DNA of 64,000 bases from Carpediemonas membranifera BICM. Its lineage: Eukaryota; Protista; Fornicata. Below the pieces are notes generated by a model. It was not told where the DNA came from and ran no database searches. It saw only the letters and a list, made by a program, of their open reading frames with translations. Position numbers and translations under genes: made by a program. Shown one piece after another: positions 1-11,100 of this stretch. The DNA lies in the NCBI GenBank assembly GCA_019828565.1, contig JAHDYR010000011.1, forward strand, positions 357,214 through 421,213, in the 5' to 3' direction. Each line of letters begins with the position of its first letter. The stretch's first letter is position 1.

Positions 1-2766
1 GACGTCGTCCTGGGGTACCCCCACCTTGTCGAGCTGGGAATCCTCCCCGACGTGAACGTAGAGTCAGGGGAATACTCGGACGAAGTCCAGGTCCCCGAAG
101 CTTTCAAGCACAACGCTGCCATTTTTAGTCTATCCGACCAGTCGACCAAGAGTCAAGCCGAACTGATCAAGAGGTTCTCCGATCTATTCCAAGACCGGGA
201 CGAACCTAGCAGGCTAGAGCCGTACGACCTCGTTCTGAAGGACGATCGGGTCGTGAACGCCAGACCTTACTATGTACCCCCAGCGAAGATACACGTCGTG
301 AGAGAGCACATCGACACGCTGCTAGCCAAGAAATATATCGAGGCCTGCCAGTCACAATACGCTTCCCCAGCTATGACTGTGCCTAAGAAGGGAGGCAAGT
401 CGCGTTTCGTAGTCGATTTCCGCCGTATTAACGAGCTTACTGAGCCGTTCGACTACCCCATCCCTCGTATCGACGAGGTGCTGTCACAGCTCGCAGGACA
501 GAAGATCTTCGCGACTCTAGACCTGTCGTCCGGGTACCACCAGATCCCTTTGACAGAACGATCAAGACCCCTGACTGCATTTACCACCGTACTAGGGCAG
601 TATCAATACCGACGGATGCCTTTCGGGCTGCGCAACGCAGGAGCTCACTTCCAGAAGGCCATGGAGCGCGCCTTCGCCGGGCTCGTGGGCAGCTCATGTT
701 ACATTTACATCGACGATATTATTGTCTTCGGCAGCGACGAGGCCGAATATCTCGCGAACCTCGAAAGAGTCCTGGACCGTGCGCGTAAGGTCAAGCTCCA
801 GCTCAATCGCGAGAAATGCCAATTCGGCAGGCAGGAGGTCGAGTTCTTAGGTTGGGTTGTCAATGATGGGCAGGTGAGAATCGCACCCAGCCGTGTAGAC
901 GACATCGCAAATCTCCAGATGCCGACATCCATCAAGGGCATGCAGGGCCTAGTAGGATTCCTCAACTATTTCCGGGATCACATCCCCCATTTTGCGGAAA
1001 TCGGACACCCGTTAATCAAAGCTATGTCCGGTCACACAAGTCTCGGCCTGACCGCCCAGCAGGAGGCCCTCGATAAGCTCAAGCAGAGCCTTACCTCCGC
1101 TGACGCCCTAGCAATTTTCGACGCCACGAAGGAGCATTCTATAATGACCGACGCCTCGGGAGTGGGGTACGGCGCAGTCCTATTGCAAGAGGGCAAGCCT
1201 GTCTGTTACATGTCGAAGGCCTTCAACGCCACACAGTCTCGTTGGTCAACGATTGAGAAGGAGGCGTACGCCATTGTGGCGGCCTTGCAGCGCTGGCGCA
1301 AGTTCCTTGCCTGGGGACCTTTCTCCATACTCACTGACCACCGAAACCTTACCTTCATGTACCGTAGCATCAACCCGAAAGTCAGGAGGTGGGCCGATGC
1401 CATTTCCGACTTGGACTTTGAGATTAAGCACGTCGCCGGCCTGGACAATGGAGCCGCAGATGGTCTGTCCCGTGTGTTTACTATGTTCACTCGCAAAGCT
1501 ACGACCGATGAGATTGAAGAAGCACACACCACCGCCGGCGCCCATCTATCTCGACGACTAACGACCGAGAAGCTTAGAGCCGAAGGGTTGTCGGTGTCGA
1601 GAGCCGCAGTCGACCAGGTGATTGCAGCTTGCCCGGTGTGCCAAGTCCTCGAGAAACCCCACGTCGATACACCGGATGGTCTGCATACCGCCGTTGATGA
1701 ACCGTTTAAGCGAGTAGCCATCGACACCTTAGGTCCGTTCCCCAAGTCGCAGGGGTTCACGCACATCTCCGTCATCATAGATATGTGTAGTAGGTGGACC
1801 GAGTTGGTTCCAGTTACAGGTACGACTGCGCAAGCCGCAGTTACGGCGTTCGTTAATAACTGGGTCTTACGCTATGGCTGCCCCGAGGTCTTACAGACTG
1901 ACGGCGGGCCCGAGTTTAACAATCAGCTCATGAAGTCCCTGGCCGACGAGATGGGTTTCCACACCCATGTTACGACTCCACATCACCCGCAATCTAATGG
2001 CATCGTCGAACGGGCCAACAGTGGAGTTCTCAAAATCTTGAAGGCCAGAAAGTTCCATTTCCGGGACGCGGACTGGGTCAAGCACTTACCTGTCGCACAA
2101 TTTATCGTCAATTCGACGCCCAGGATACCCACTCACCTCTCACCATCCGAGATCATACTAGGTGTCAACATCAGGATCCCGAACGAGATCATCATCTGCA
2201 CCCACTCGACTAGCGCCAGAATACAGGACAGACGCGCGGCGGCTGGCCAAGCCATCCAGCTAGCGAAGGCTAGAATTCAGGCAATGAGAGAGGACGCTCT
2301 CGCAAACGCCGCATCGTCACGTCAGGAGTTACTGTGCCGGTTCGTGTTGGTCAAGTACCCAGCCAGACCTCCCAACAAGCTGATGCCAGGATGGCGAGGG
2401 CCCATGCGACGGGTCAGTGCGGTTAAGCAAGATGGCGTGACGGTCGCCTATGAAGTTCAGGACCTCAACCAGGGAAGCCAAGGCAAGATATTGAAGGTCG
2501 ACGCCTCGCGCGTACGCAGATTTAACCCTGGCAATCTATCCGAGCGAGAGATCAAGGACTTGGCCGCCACGGCGAACGATGAGTGGGAAGTGGACCGTAT
2601 TTCCAAATCGCGAGGGAACGGAACACGAACCAAACGCGAATACCGCGTTCACTGGTCTGGTTTCGAGGACGAGGAGGCGACATGGCAGGATTGGGACTCC
2701 GTCAAGGACCTGGAAGCATTAGATATATATTTGAAGTCTGACCAAGCCAAACTGGACGGTCTATAA
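1..2766 (+). CDS. pol: Pol polyprotein (protease end, RT, RNase H, integrase, chromodomain), 5'-partial
   Basis: DVVLGYP protease tail at 1; LDLSSGYHQ, MPFGL, YIDD; TDAS/EKE/TDH/AADGLSR RNase H; HHCC plus DTLGP/TDGG/ERAN integrase; WRGP; WEVDRI..VHWSGF..ATW chromodomain. Confidence 0.97.
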   Translation, partial: DVVLGYPHLVELGILPDVNVESGEYSDEVQVPEAFKHNAAIFSLSDQSTKSQAELIKRFSDLFQDRDEPSRLEPYDLVLKDDRVVNARPYYVPPAKIHVVREHIDTLLAKKYIEACQSQYASPAMTVPKKGGKSRFVVDFRRINELTEPFDYPIPRIDEVLSQLAGQKIFATLDLSSGYHQIPLTERSRPLTAFTTVLGQYQYRRMPFGLRNAGAHFQKAMERAFAGLVGSSCYIYIDDIIVFGSDEAEYLANLERVLDRARKVKLQLNREKCQFGRQEVEFLGWVVNDGQVRIAPSRVDDIANLQMPTSIKGMQGLVGFLNYFRDHIPHFAEIGHPLIKAMSGHTSLGLTAQQEALDKLKQSLTSADALAIFDATKEHSIMTDASGVGYGAVLLQEGKPVCYMSKAFNATQSRWSTIEKEAYAIVAALQRWRKFLAWGPFSILTDHRNLTFMYRSINPKVRRWADAISDLDFEIKHVAGLDNGAADGLSRVFTMFTRKATTDEIEEAHTTAGAHLSRRLTTEKLRAEGLSVSRAAVDQVIAACPVCQVLEKPHVDTPDGLHTAVDEPFKRVAIDTLGPFPKSQGFTHISVIIDMCSRWTELVPVTGTTAQAAVTAFVNNWVLRYGCPEVLQTDGGPEFNNQLMKSLADEMGFHTHVTTPHHPQSNGIVERANSGVLKILKARKFHFRDADWVKHLPVAQFIVNSTPRIPTHLSPSEIILGVNIRIPNEIIICTHSTSARIQDRRAAAGQAIQLAKARIQAMREDALANAASSRQELLCRFVLVKYPARPPNKLMPGWRGPMRRVSAVKQDGVTVAYEVQDLNQGSQGKILKVDASRVRRFNPGNLSEREIKDLAATANDEWEVDRISKSRGNGTRTKREYRVHWSGFEDEEATWQDWDSVKDLEALDIYLKSDQAKLDGL

Positions 2767-2808
2767 ATCTTCACCACATCTAATCGCTCCAGCGTCAAGT
2801 CATCAGAT

Positions 2809-3889
2809 TTATTCGTCGTCCGACTCCTCGGTATCGGTCAGCTCGACCAACCAAGACGCGTCAGCGTGGCGCTCAAGATCGTGCTCAGCAAGATAGTCGC
2901 GCACACAACGGACGAGACAGAGATCGGCGTTCAGCCAGACGATGCTGAGGCCTGAGTAACCCTCATACTGGAGTATGAGAGCGAAGGTCCCAGGTCCACG
3001 AGTCGTTTTCAGGAACTCATGGCGGACAACACACGTCACCGTGTAGTAACGGTCCGGGTCAGAGACCTGGAGAGGCTCCCAATGGATCTCGTCCCCGATG
3101 GCAGGCAGGTGACCATCGCGGCACAGCTCGTCGACCAGCATCGCCCAGAAAGCGATGGGTGCACCGATACCGCGGCTGATGCCAAAGAGCGCTACCCTGA
3201 AGTAGTCCGGCGAAAAGACGAGGATCATGAGCCGGTTGAGGTAACCACGAGCCGTGGTATCAGATCCGACATTAGCAGCAGCGCGCACTGCGGCCACGAG
3301 CCCAGCTGAGTAACGCCCATTGCCAGTCAGGCTGATATCGCCACTCTGAAGGGCGGCCGACACGATGTCCCCGTCAGTGAGGGTCGGGCGCAGACGGATC
3401 TTAAGGTGAGACACCACGCCAGCGAGAGCGAACTGACAGAAAGCCACGAGGCCGAGTACCTGCCGACACTTCACTACATCCATGTACACCGAAGCCTGAT
3501 GAAGGTGTCCTTGCTCGATTGCGTCGAAGATGCGCTGAAGAGGCATCTCGACGGAGTTGGTGTAGCCGGCTAGGCGCCGAGTGACCTCCGCTCGTATGTC
3601 GCGAGGTAGCTGGTGGGATGCGGTTGTCGGGCGAGTGATCCGCTCCGCGGCCTGCACACGGTGTCTGAATGAGTATTCTGTTGATATTGGTTACTTACAA
3701 GTTCCCGGTGGCCAAACGCTTGCGTTGCGTACGGGTCTGAGCACGAAGAGAACGACAGACGGCGGAATGAGCGGAAACAAGAGGCTTAGTGAGTTCCTCG
3801 TCACCAATTTCGGCGATTTTAGCGCGAATAGTATCCAGAATTGCTTCTACGGCGGCGTTGTCCGACATCAACTGAGTTGACGGCGACAT
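2809..3889 (-). CDS. Antisense two-exon accessory gene of Ty3-1 (about 348 aa) with C-terminal chromodomain-like motif; intron 3665-3698
   Basis: GTAAGT...CTCATTCAG 34-nt intron joins ORFs 3695-3955 and 2809-3657 in frame (GNL/HRVQAAE); C-terminus YYTVTCVVRHE..LILQYEGY..VWL..VRDYL. Confidence 0.75.
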
Positions 3890-4627
3890 ATTCTGCACTT
3901 TTGGAACAATCGGTTTCAGGACGAAACCTAGAGCAGTAATAGGACGCCAAATCAAGCTAATTCATCTATTTACTAAGCGCTGTAGCCTATTAGCTCCATC
4001 GGAAGCCGATTGATGTTGTTAATGAAGTACGAGCGCGCCAGGAAAAATGAAAGGCCCAAAACTCGCCAACGAAGGCCTTTTTGGAGCCTCTTAATGCCTT
4101 TTTCGGCGTCTGCGTAAGTTTCAGCGCAAATGGTACAGTACTTCTTCTTATTCTTCTAGACGCCGAGATCAACCCTCGAATTACTTAGAAGCATGCGTAA
4201 CACGTAATATTTTTCGAGACACGGCCATATGAGGCCGTGGAGGGGCAGGGATAAGCCTCTATGAATACGGGCGAACCCTAGCCGTCCGTTTGACTGTCAT
4301 TGACGTCGGTAAGTTCGGACCCTATATGCGGTTCATGAGGGCGGCGAAGCCCTGGTAAGACCATCTTAACACGTAACATAGCAATTGCTTACACAGTGGA
4401 TCCACGTTATCATATACAGCTGTCGGGTTTCATTCCCATGTCACCGTTGGTGATACCATAATTCCGTATCGGAAGACCGCGGGTCGGGCGTTGCCCACTC
4501 CACTGCCAATGGAGTAGACCGTTGCATAGCTTGGGTGGCACCAAACTATAACACGGATGACCCTAGGCCAACCTAACCCCCGTAACTCGTTGAGTGTCAT
4601 GCCTATTACCCAGGCATGGAGGGGCAG

Positions 4628-4739
4628 TGTGGTGGTCATAGACCACACTAATCATTTATACAGTTTAAGCCATTTATTGGCACAAGGGTTTTCTCTTCTT
4701 CTTTCCCTATAAAAGCATTCTCCGCATTAGCGAGGCACA
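4628..4739 (+). repeat. 3' LTR of Ty3-1 (about 112 bp, inferred from one copy)
   Basis: Follows PPT; TGTG/CACA ends; Ty3-2 coding resumes immediately after. Confidence 0.7.
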
Positions 4740-7182
4740 CCGTTTGCCTCTCCCATTGTCGTCGTAGACAAGGCATCCGGCGCCATCAGACTGTGTATTG
4801 ACTATACAGCTCTCAATAGGGTCACAGTCAAGGACCACTTCCCCCTCCCCGACTTGAAGTCGTTTGTACGGGAAGCATCCGGCTCACGCTTCTTCGCGGC
4901 GCTGGACCTCACGTCCGGGTATCATCAAGTCCCAGTCCACCCGGACGACGTCCGCAAGACGGCTATGATCACCCCAGACGCGTATGACGAGTTCGTGCGG
5001 GTGCCATTCGGCCTAGCAAATGCGCCGTCTCACTTCCAAAGAGTCATGCAAGGAGTCCTCGCACCCGTGCTTCACAAGGGTGTTATGGTCTACATTGATG
5101 ACATCCTCATCCACGCAAAGACACAGGAGGAATTCCTCCAGACGCTAGAGCACACCTTAGTGCTACTCGATCGCCATGACTTGAGACTTAACCTCGCGAA
5201 GTGCAAGTTCGCCTCCCGTAAGGTCAAGGTCGTCGGCTTCGACATCTCGGAGCAAGGTCGCAGCGTGGACCCCGAGAGAGCCAAGGCCCTCAACGACATC
5301 ACATCTCCCACCTCTGTCAAGGACATGCGACGCATCGCTGGCATGTTCAATTACATCGCTGAGCACCTTCCGCGCGCACAGGAGCTTCTTGGCCCGCTCT
5401 ATGACGCAATCAAGGCCGAGGAGTGGGGTGATCCACAAGAACAGGCCCTCCAGAGCCTCAAGGAGGCAACAGCGGAGGCCATCACCCTCACCCAGCCGGA
5501 CCCGGGTCTGCCCTGGCATCTCTATACAGACGCGTCCGACAACGCGGTCGGCGGTATTCTATACCAGATCGCTGCGGACGGCCAACATCAGCCCGTCACG
5601 TTATTCTCCAAGAGACTAACTGATGTGCAACGCCGCTGGTGCACCTATGATAAGGAACTGTATGGTATCCTTAGTGCACTCACCAGATCAGACATGCAGC
5701 CCCTGTTCACCATGGCCACGGACCTACACGTCCACACGGACCATCGCAATATCGTCTACCTCATGAAGCGCTCGGACTGCTCACCGAAGGTAATGCGCTG
5801 GAGGATCACCCTCCAGCAGTTCCCCGCGGAGATATCACATGTGGCAGGGGGAGGACAACGCTGTAGCAGACGCTCTTAGTCGCTGCTGCTTCCTGACCAC
5901 TGACGACATACCAGAAGACGCCCGCGCCATCCTCCGGACCCTTCATGGAGGATCCGCCGGCCACCCATCAGCCAGAATCATCCGCAGGCTGGCAACGCCA
6001 GCTCAACGCGAGACCATTGACCCCTACATCGACGTCTTCGTTCGGACCTGTCCGGCTTGTCTGAAGACTCGACAGATCCAAGCGCGCCAGACCGCGTGGC
6101 ATAGCACGCAGAGGGTAGAGCCGTTCGAGACAGTCCAGCTGGACACGATCGGGCCCCTGCCCGAATCCACTAGGGGCAATCGATATATCATCACCATCAT
6201 TGACTCCTTTACCAAGTACGTCGACCTAGTTCCAGTCCGGGACACGTCGGCAGACTCAGCCGCACAGGCCCTACTCGCATTCGCTGGCCGCTTCGGCATT
6301 CCTCAGGAGATCCACACCGATGGAGGATCCCAGTACCGCAACAAGCTTATGGAGAAGCTTACGAGTGAATTGACCCTCAAGCACCACATTGCTACAGCCT
6401 ACCATCCACAGAGCTCGGGTATAGTTGAGCGAGCGAATGGCACGGCCGTGCGCGTTCTACGCAAACTCATGATGGAAGCAGAGTCCAACGAATGGCAACG
6501 ATGGCTTTATATGGCCCAATTCCTCGTCAACTCCGCTCCACATCGCACTCTTGGGGGAATATCACCCCTCGAGGCCTTACTGGGCATCAGCCCTCGACAC
6601 TTGAAGACCCCACGCAGCTACACCGACCCCGAGCGCGCATCTACAGCTCTCGCCAGTCACATCGAGGCCCTCGGCCGCATCCGCGCACTGAGCAAGCATG
6701 CTGTGGAGGAGTACAACGCGGCTAAGCGCCGGGGAGATCACTTCAAGACCACCCACAGGTGGAAGCCGCACGAGTTCGCGTTTATCATCCCGAGCAGGAA
6801 GCCCCAGAAGCTCTCACCCTTCCTCCGGGGACCACTTAAGGTCCTGGGTCGTGGCGAAGACCCCAACGTCTACCGACTGAAGGACCTCATTACGAAGAAG
6901 GTGGTCCACATCCACGGGGAGCGCATGATCGCAGCGCCCGTCAGCCCAGAGGCGGCCCTCAAAATGGCGGCCCTGGATCACGACGAACTTGTCGTCGAAG
7001 CCATCCTGGATCACGACCTGAGGAAGGAACCAGGCCTGATCAAGATCCTCTGGGCAGGATTCGAACGCTCAGAGGCTACGTGGGAACCTCTAGATGCAGA
7101 GAACCGCCAGCTCGTCGCATTAGACAGTTACTTGTTGACGCTACCGCCCGACGAGCGCTCAAAGCTGGAAAAGCGACTATAA
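4740..7182 (+). pseudogene. pol: Ty3-2 pol (RT, RNase H, integrase, chromodomain), interrupted by Ty3-1, with a +1 frameshift near 5850
   Basis: PFASPIVVV..RLCIDY from 4740, YIDD, TDAS; removing one G from the G5 run restores HVAGEDNAVADALSR; DTIGP, LRGP, ILWAGF..ATWEP. Confidence 0.92.
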
Positions 7183-7415
7183 CATCAGCCCATCCTAATC
7201 TCATGTTGATGTTGCTTATTGTACAACCATTCATCCGAACGAACGCAGTTCGAACAGGAACATCATGCATTCCCTCATCGAGAACCGATAGCAGGAAAAG
7301 GGGGGAAAGAAGGACTTTCTAACAGTATCCTTCGCGTTTCGAACACACCAGGCTCATTCTGGACATCATACCGTCATCACGAACAACTCGCTCATCAATT
7401 GATCCGCTGTTCGAC

Positions 7416-7452
7416 AAAAGTGACCATCCCGGGACTCGAACCCAGACTCCTG
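7416..7452 (-). other. tRNA-like 3' half (T-arm/B-box, acceptor strand, T4) in the Ty3-2 3' UTR
   Basis: Minus strand CTGGG-TTCGAGT-CCCGG-GATGGTCA-C-TTTT. Confidence 0.55.
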
Positions 7453-7562
7453 GCGAATATCGTGGAGAATATCCTCGAGATCTGACCGAAAGATTTGATG
7501 ACATCAAAACATATCTTCGGCACCATCATTCATACGCCCCACTTACAGCTCGAGGGGGGTAG

Positions 7563-7655
7563 TGTCAGTGCCTCAGTTATTATTATTGCTATTTATAACT
7601 ACGGGCACACTCACCCCTGCTTCGCAGGTTATGTGTAAATACTGTTGTCGCCACA
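7563..7655 (+). repeat. 3' LTR of Ty3-2 (about 93 bp, inferred from one copy)
   Basis: Follows PPT; TG...CA ends; TATAA and TGTAAAT positioned as in the paired LTR of Ty3-3. Confidence 0.65.
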
Positions 7656-7830
7656 GTCTTCGTGGACCGAGGTCATCGGTCCCTCGCTCCTCATGTCCCC
7701 CCATGAGGTGAAGGAGGTCGCTCAAGCCCTCCTCGTCGCCTTCTGGCGAGCCCAGGTCGCGTACCATGTTGAGTACATGGACAAGGCCGGGTACCGTCGC
7801 CGGAGACAACGCTCCGCCCCTCTCCAGTAA
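7656..7830 (+). pseudogene. Possible C-terminal fragment of an RLE-type non-LTR ORF into which Ty3-2 inserted
   Basis: ALLVAFWRAQ resembles VFAAIWRGN at the end of the RLE ORF at 46312-46821; short, weak match. Confidence 0.3.
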
Positions 7831-7953
7831 CGATCCCCTCCTATCAAGACGCGCTTTGACCGCCCACCCCCACACTACGCTTCACCGCGTTCCTCTCTGA
7901 ACACGTGATATTCTCGCTAAGAAGCGTGATGTGAAGCTTAATTTTCTAAATTA

Positions 7954-7993
7954 CGACCATTTGGTCGACGATAATCGACTATTCCAAATTGAT
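7954..7993 (-). repeat. DIRS-1 B2 terminal repeat
   Basis: Identical to 12621-12660. Confidence 0.9.
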
Positions 7994-8024
7994 CTAATCA
8001 AATTTATATTCCGTTTGGCGGCCT

Positions 8025-8106
8025 TGTCACCGGTCTATAAACTGCTCCGTCCAGTTTTGACCACTTTTACCCCGCTGCGGTTTACTGTAAATGATTTCAA
8101 CCGACA
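8025..8106 (+). repeat. Ty3-3 5' LTR
   Basis: Direct repeat of 12300-12381. Confidence 0.95.
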
Positions 8107-8127
8107 ATACTAGTATTAGCTGTGCTG

Positions 8128-11100
8128 ATGTCGTTAACTGTTCAAATTCCTGAGCTTTCTCCTTCAAATCTAACACTAGAGACTCTTGAGGAGTTTGAGC
8201 GCCGAGCAACGATTTTTACTATACAAAACCCAAGCATCCCACTGTCCGTCCTCATTGAGGAGTCATTTGCCCTCGAACTCAAGGCCGAAGGCATAGACAC
8301 ATCCGACAAGAACTACACTCTCAAGAACTTCACCGAATGGTGTCGCCAGCGGCTCCTTCCCCACTCCATCTTAGCACTCGTCGAAGAGCTCCAAGACCTT
8401 CGTTTCCCCATGGTGCCGAGCACCGCACGCAACTTCGAAGCTGGCACGAGACTACAAGCGGCAGCATTCCGCAAGCGCATCGAGCTCTACTCCAAGACGC
8501 CAGACCCAGAAGGGTTCTTGGAACCCATCGACGACAACCCCAATGCCGACGAACTGCTCGCAAGCTTTGATAAGCTGGCTGCACGGCTCTTCAGGGAGTC
8601 CCTGAACCCGACAGCATTCCGCAAGAAGGCACAGACCTTGCTTGCTCTCCACAACGTCAAGACCTTCGAGGACACCGTAGCGGTGGCTCTTAGGGCTGCT
8701 AGGGCGTATGACCATGATCAACCCCTCTCGCAAACCCCGGCCGGCGGACCCAAGGCCCCGGCCCAGGCCAGGAAGGCCCAGTACCGCCCGGACGCGGCCA
8801 AGCGCCCGCCGGCCGACGGACCCAAGAAGCCGTCGCGCCCCTGTCGTTTCTGTGGCGGTCCCCACATGGACTTCAGATGCGATAAGCACCCCCGCTACAG
8901 CGAGAACAACAACGCCGACAGCGCGTCGACTAACGAGAAGGGCGGGAAGGGTCCACTGACGACCCCCGCTACTGTAAAAGGCAAAACTTACTCGTTCGTT
9001 GTAGACACTGGTGCAAGCCGAAGCTTCATTAGTTCGAAGGCACTACGTACCCTACCCAAGGACACAGTGCAGACCTCTCTCGAGGAAAAGATCAAGGTCA
9101 CGCTAGGAGACGGACGCTCCCTCGTGACAGATCAAGCAGTCACATTTAAGGCAGCATTCCCAGCACTAGGTGTCACACCGTTGGAGGTTACATGGAAGTA
9201 CTACGTACTCCCCGGTGAGTTCTTCAAGGTTCTCATCGGGTGTGACTTGCTGAGGTCACTCGCACTCATTGGCGATGGCACACTCAACCTTAACCTGCAC
9301 AAGCTCTCCTCAATTGAGGAGGACGAGGACTGGCTGCCGTTCTACCATGAATATCTCACGGAGGACGCAAACATGGCGATAACCGACGACTACTGTGGTG
9401 TCCACGTCCCGGAGTCGAAGATCCGACCCGAGATTCTCGAGATAATCAACTCATTTGACGATATCTTCGAGGAAGAACTACCCAAGGAAGGGTCTCGACT
9501 GGAACCCATGTCGATTGAACTGATAGACGAGCGGGCAATTGTACAATGCCGCGCTCGCAGACTCGACCCAGTGACCCAAGGCCTGGTGTCGACAGAGCTA
9601 GAACAACTCAGGCGAGACGGGATAATCCAGGACTCGACTGGGCCGTACAGCTCGCCGATCGTAGTAGTCAGGCAGGGCCACAAAGGATCGACCAAGATCC
9701 GTCTTTGCATTGACTACAAGGAGTTAAACTCCAAGACAGTGAGGGATAACTTCCCCCTGCCTAACACGCGCGAGTTTGTAGACCGAGCATCAGGCTGCAA
9801 ATACTTTGCAGGCCTAGACCTCAGACAAGGCTACTACCAGATGCGGATGCACGAGGAAGATATCCCCAAAACCGCTTTTGTCACTCCAGACGCATACTGC
9901 GAGTTCACCAGATGTCCATTCGGCCTGATGAACGCCCCGGCGAGATTCCAACGCGCCATGCAGAAGGCGTTCGCCGAGGTCCTCCACAAAGGGGTGGACA
10001 TCTATCTTGACGACATCTTGATTTACGCCAAGACCGAGGCCCAGTTTCTCACCCTGATCAAAACCGTCTTCAGGATCTGTAGACATTATTCACTGCGCCT
10101 TAAAGGCCCGAAGTGCACGATAGGCTCAGCCCACGTCGAGGCCGTCGGGTATATTGTCTCGGAGAAGGGGAAACAACTTGCCCCAGAGAAGGTAGAGGCG
10201 GTAAACGCCATACCGCTCCCGTCCACCGCAAAGGAGCTTCAGAGGACACTGGGATCATTCAACTATGTCGCCCAGTTCGTCCCGGACTCATCACGAATCC
10301 TCAAACCTCTCAACGAGATGCTAACGGCACAGGAGAACTCAAAGAACATAACTTGGAACCCCAAACAAGAAGAGGCGTTTACAACGTTCAAGGAGAGACT
10401 CAGCTCAGACACAGTCCTCCATTTCCCCGACTTCTCAAAGAAGTGGACCCTCGAGACGGACGCGTCGAACGACGGACTAGGGGGCATTCTGTTCCAAGAA
10501 GACGACTCCGGCAACCGAGAGATCGTCTCGCTCTTCGCAAAGTGTCATACGCCAACCCAGACTAGGTGGCCGACCTACGAACAAGAGCTTCATGCTATCA
10601 TCTTTTTGTCTCACGAGACCTGACATGGCTCAACTTTTCCGCCTCAAGGACAACATACAGATCCGCACCGACCACCAGAATCTGGTATATCTCATGCAGA
10701 GGAAGGAGCTTTCCAAGAAACTCCTCAGGTGGACGTCTGTCTTGTCGGACTACAACATTACGATCGAGCATATTGCTGGAGAGACAAACAAGATGGCAGA
10801 CATGCTGTCGCGTATCCTTCCCCGAGGGGGACCTCGGGCCGCAGCTGAACCTGCGAGAGGCGGAGGACGCCGGCCCAGGAGCTGACCCTTGAGTTGATCC
10901 AGGCTGCCCAGGCCATGGCACCTGAGTCAACTCGAGTCGGCTGGGAGAAACTAGAGGGAGTATCCATCGAAAACTCGATCTACTTCAAGGACGGAGTGCC
11001 GATTATCCCCAAGGGAGAGACACGCGACAAGGCCCTTCGGACCGCTCACCAATTTCATACGGGAGCAAATTCAACGTTCCAAGCACTCGCCACGTCTGCA

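Larger units (their letters stand above)
1..4739 (+). mobile_element. Ty3/gypsy chromodomain LTR retrotransposon Ty3-1 (5' part outside window), inserted into the RT of Ty3-2
   Basis: pol 1-2766; PPT GGAGGGGCAG 4618-4627 followed by a TGTG...CACA segment 4628-4739; Ty3-2 RT resumes in frame at 4740. Confidence 0.85.
4740..7655 (+). mobile_element. Ty3/gypsy chromodomain element Ty3-2, 3' portion
   Basis: pol remnant, PPT GAGGGGGGTAG 7552-7562, candidate LTR TGTCAG...GCCACA 7563-7655. Confidence 0.85.
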
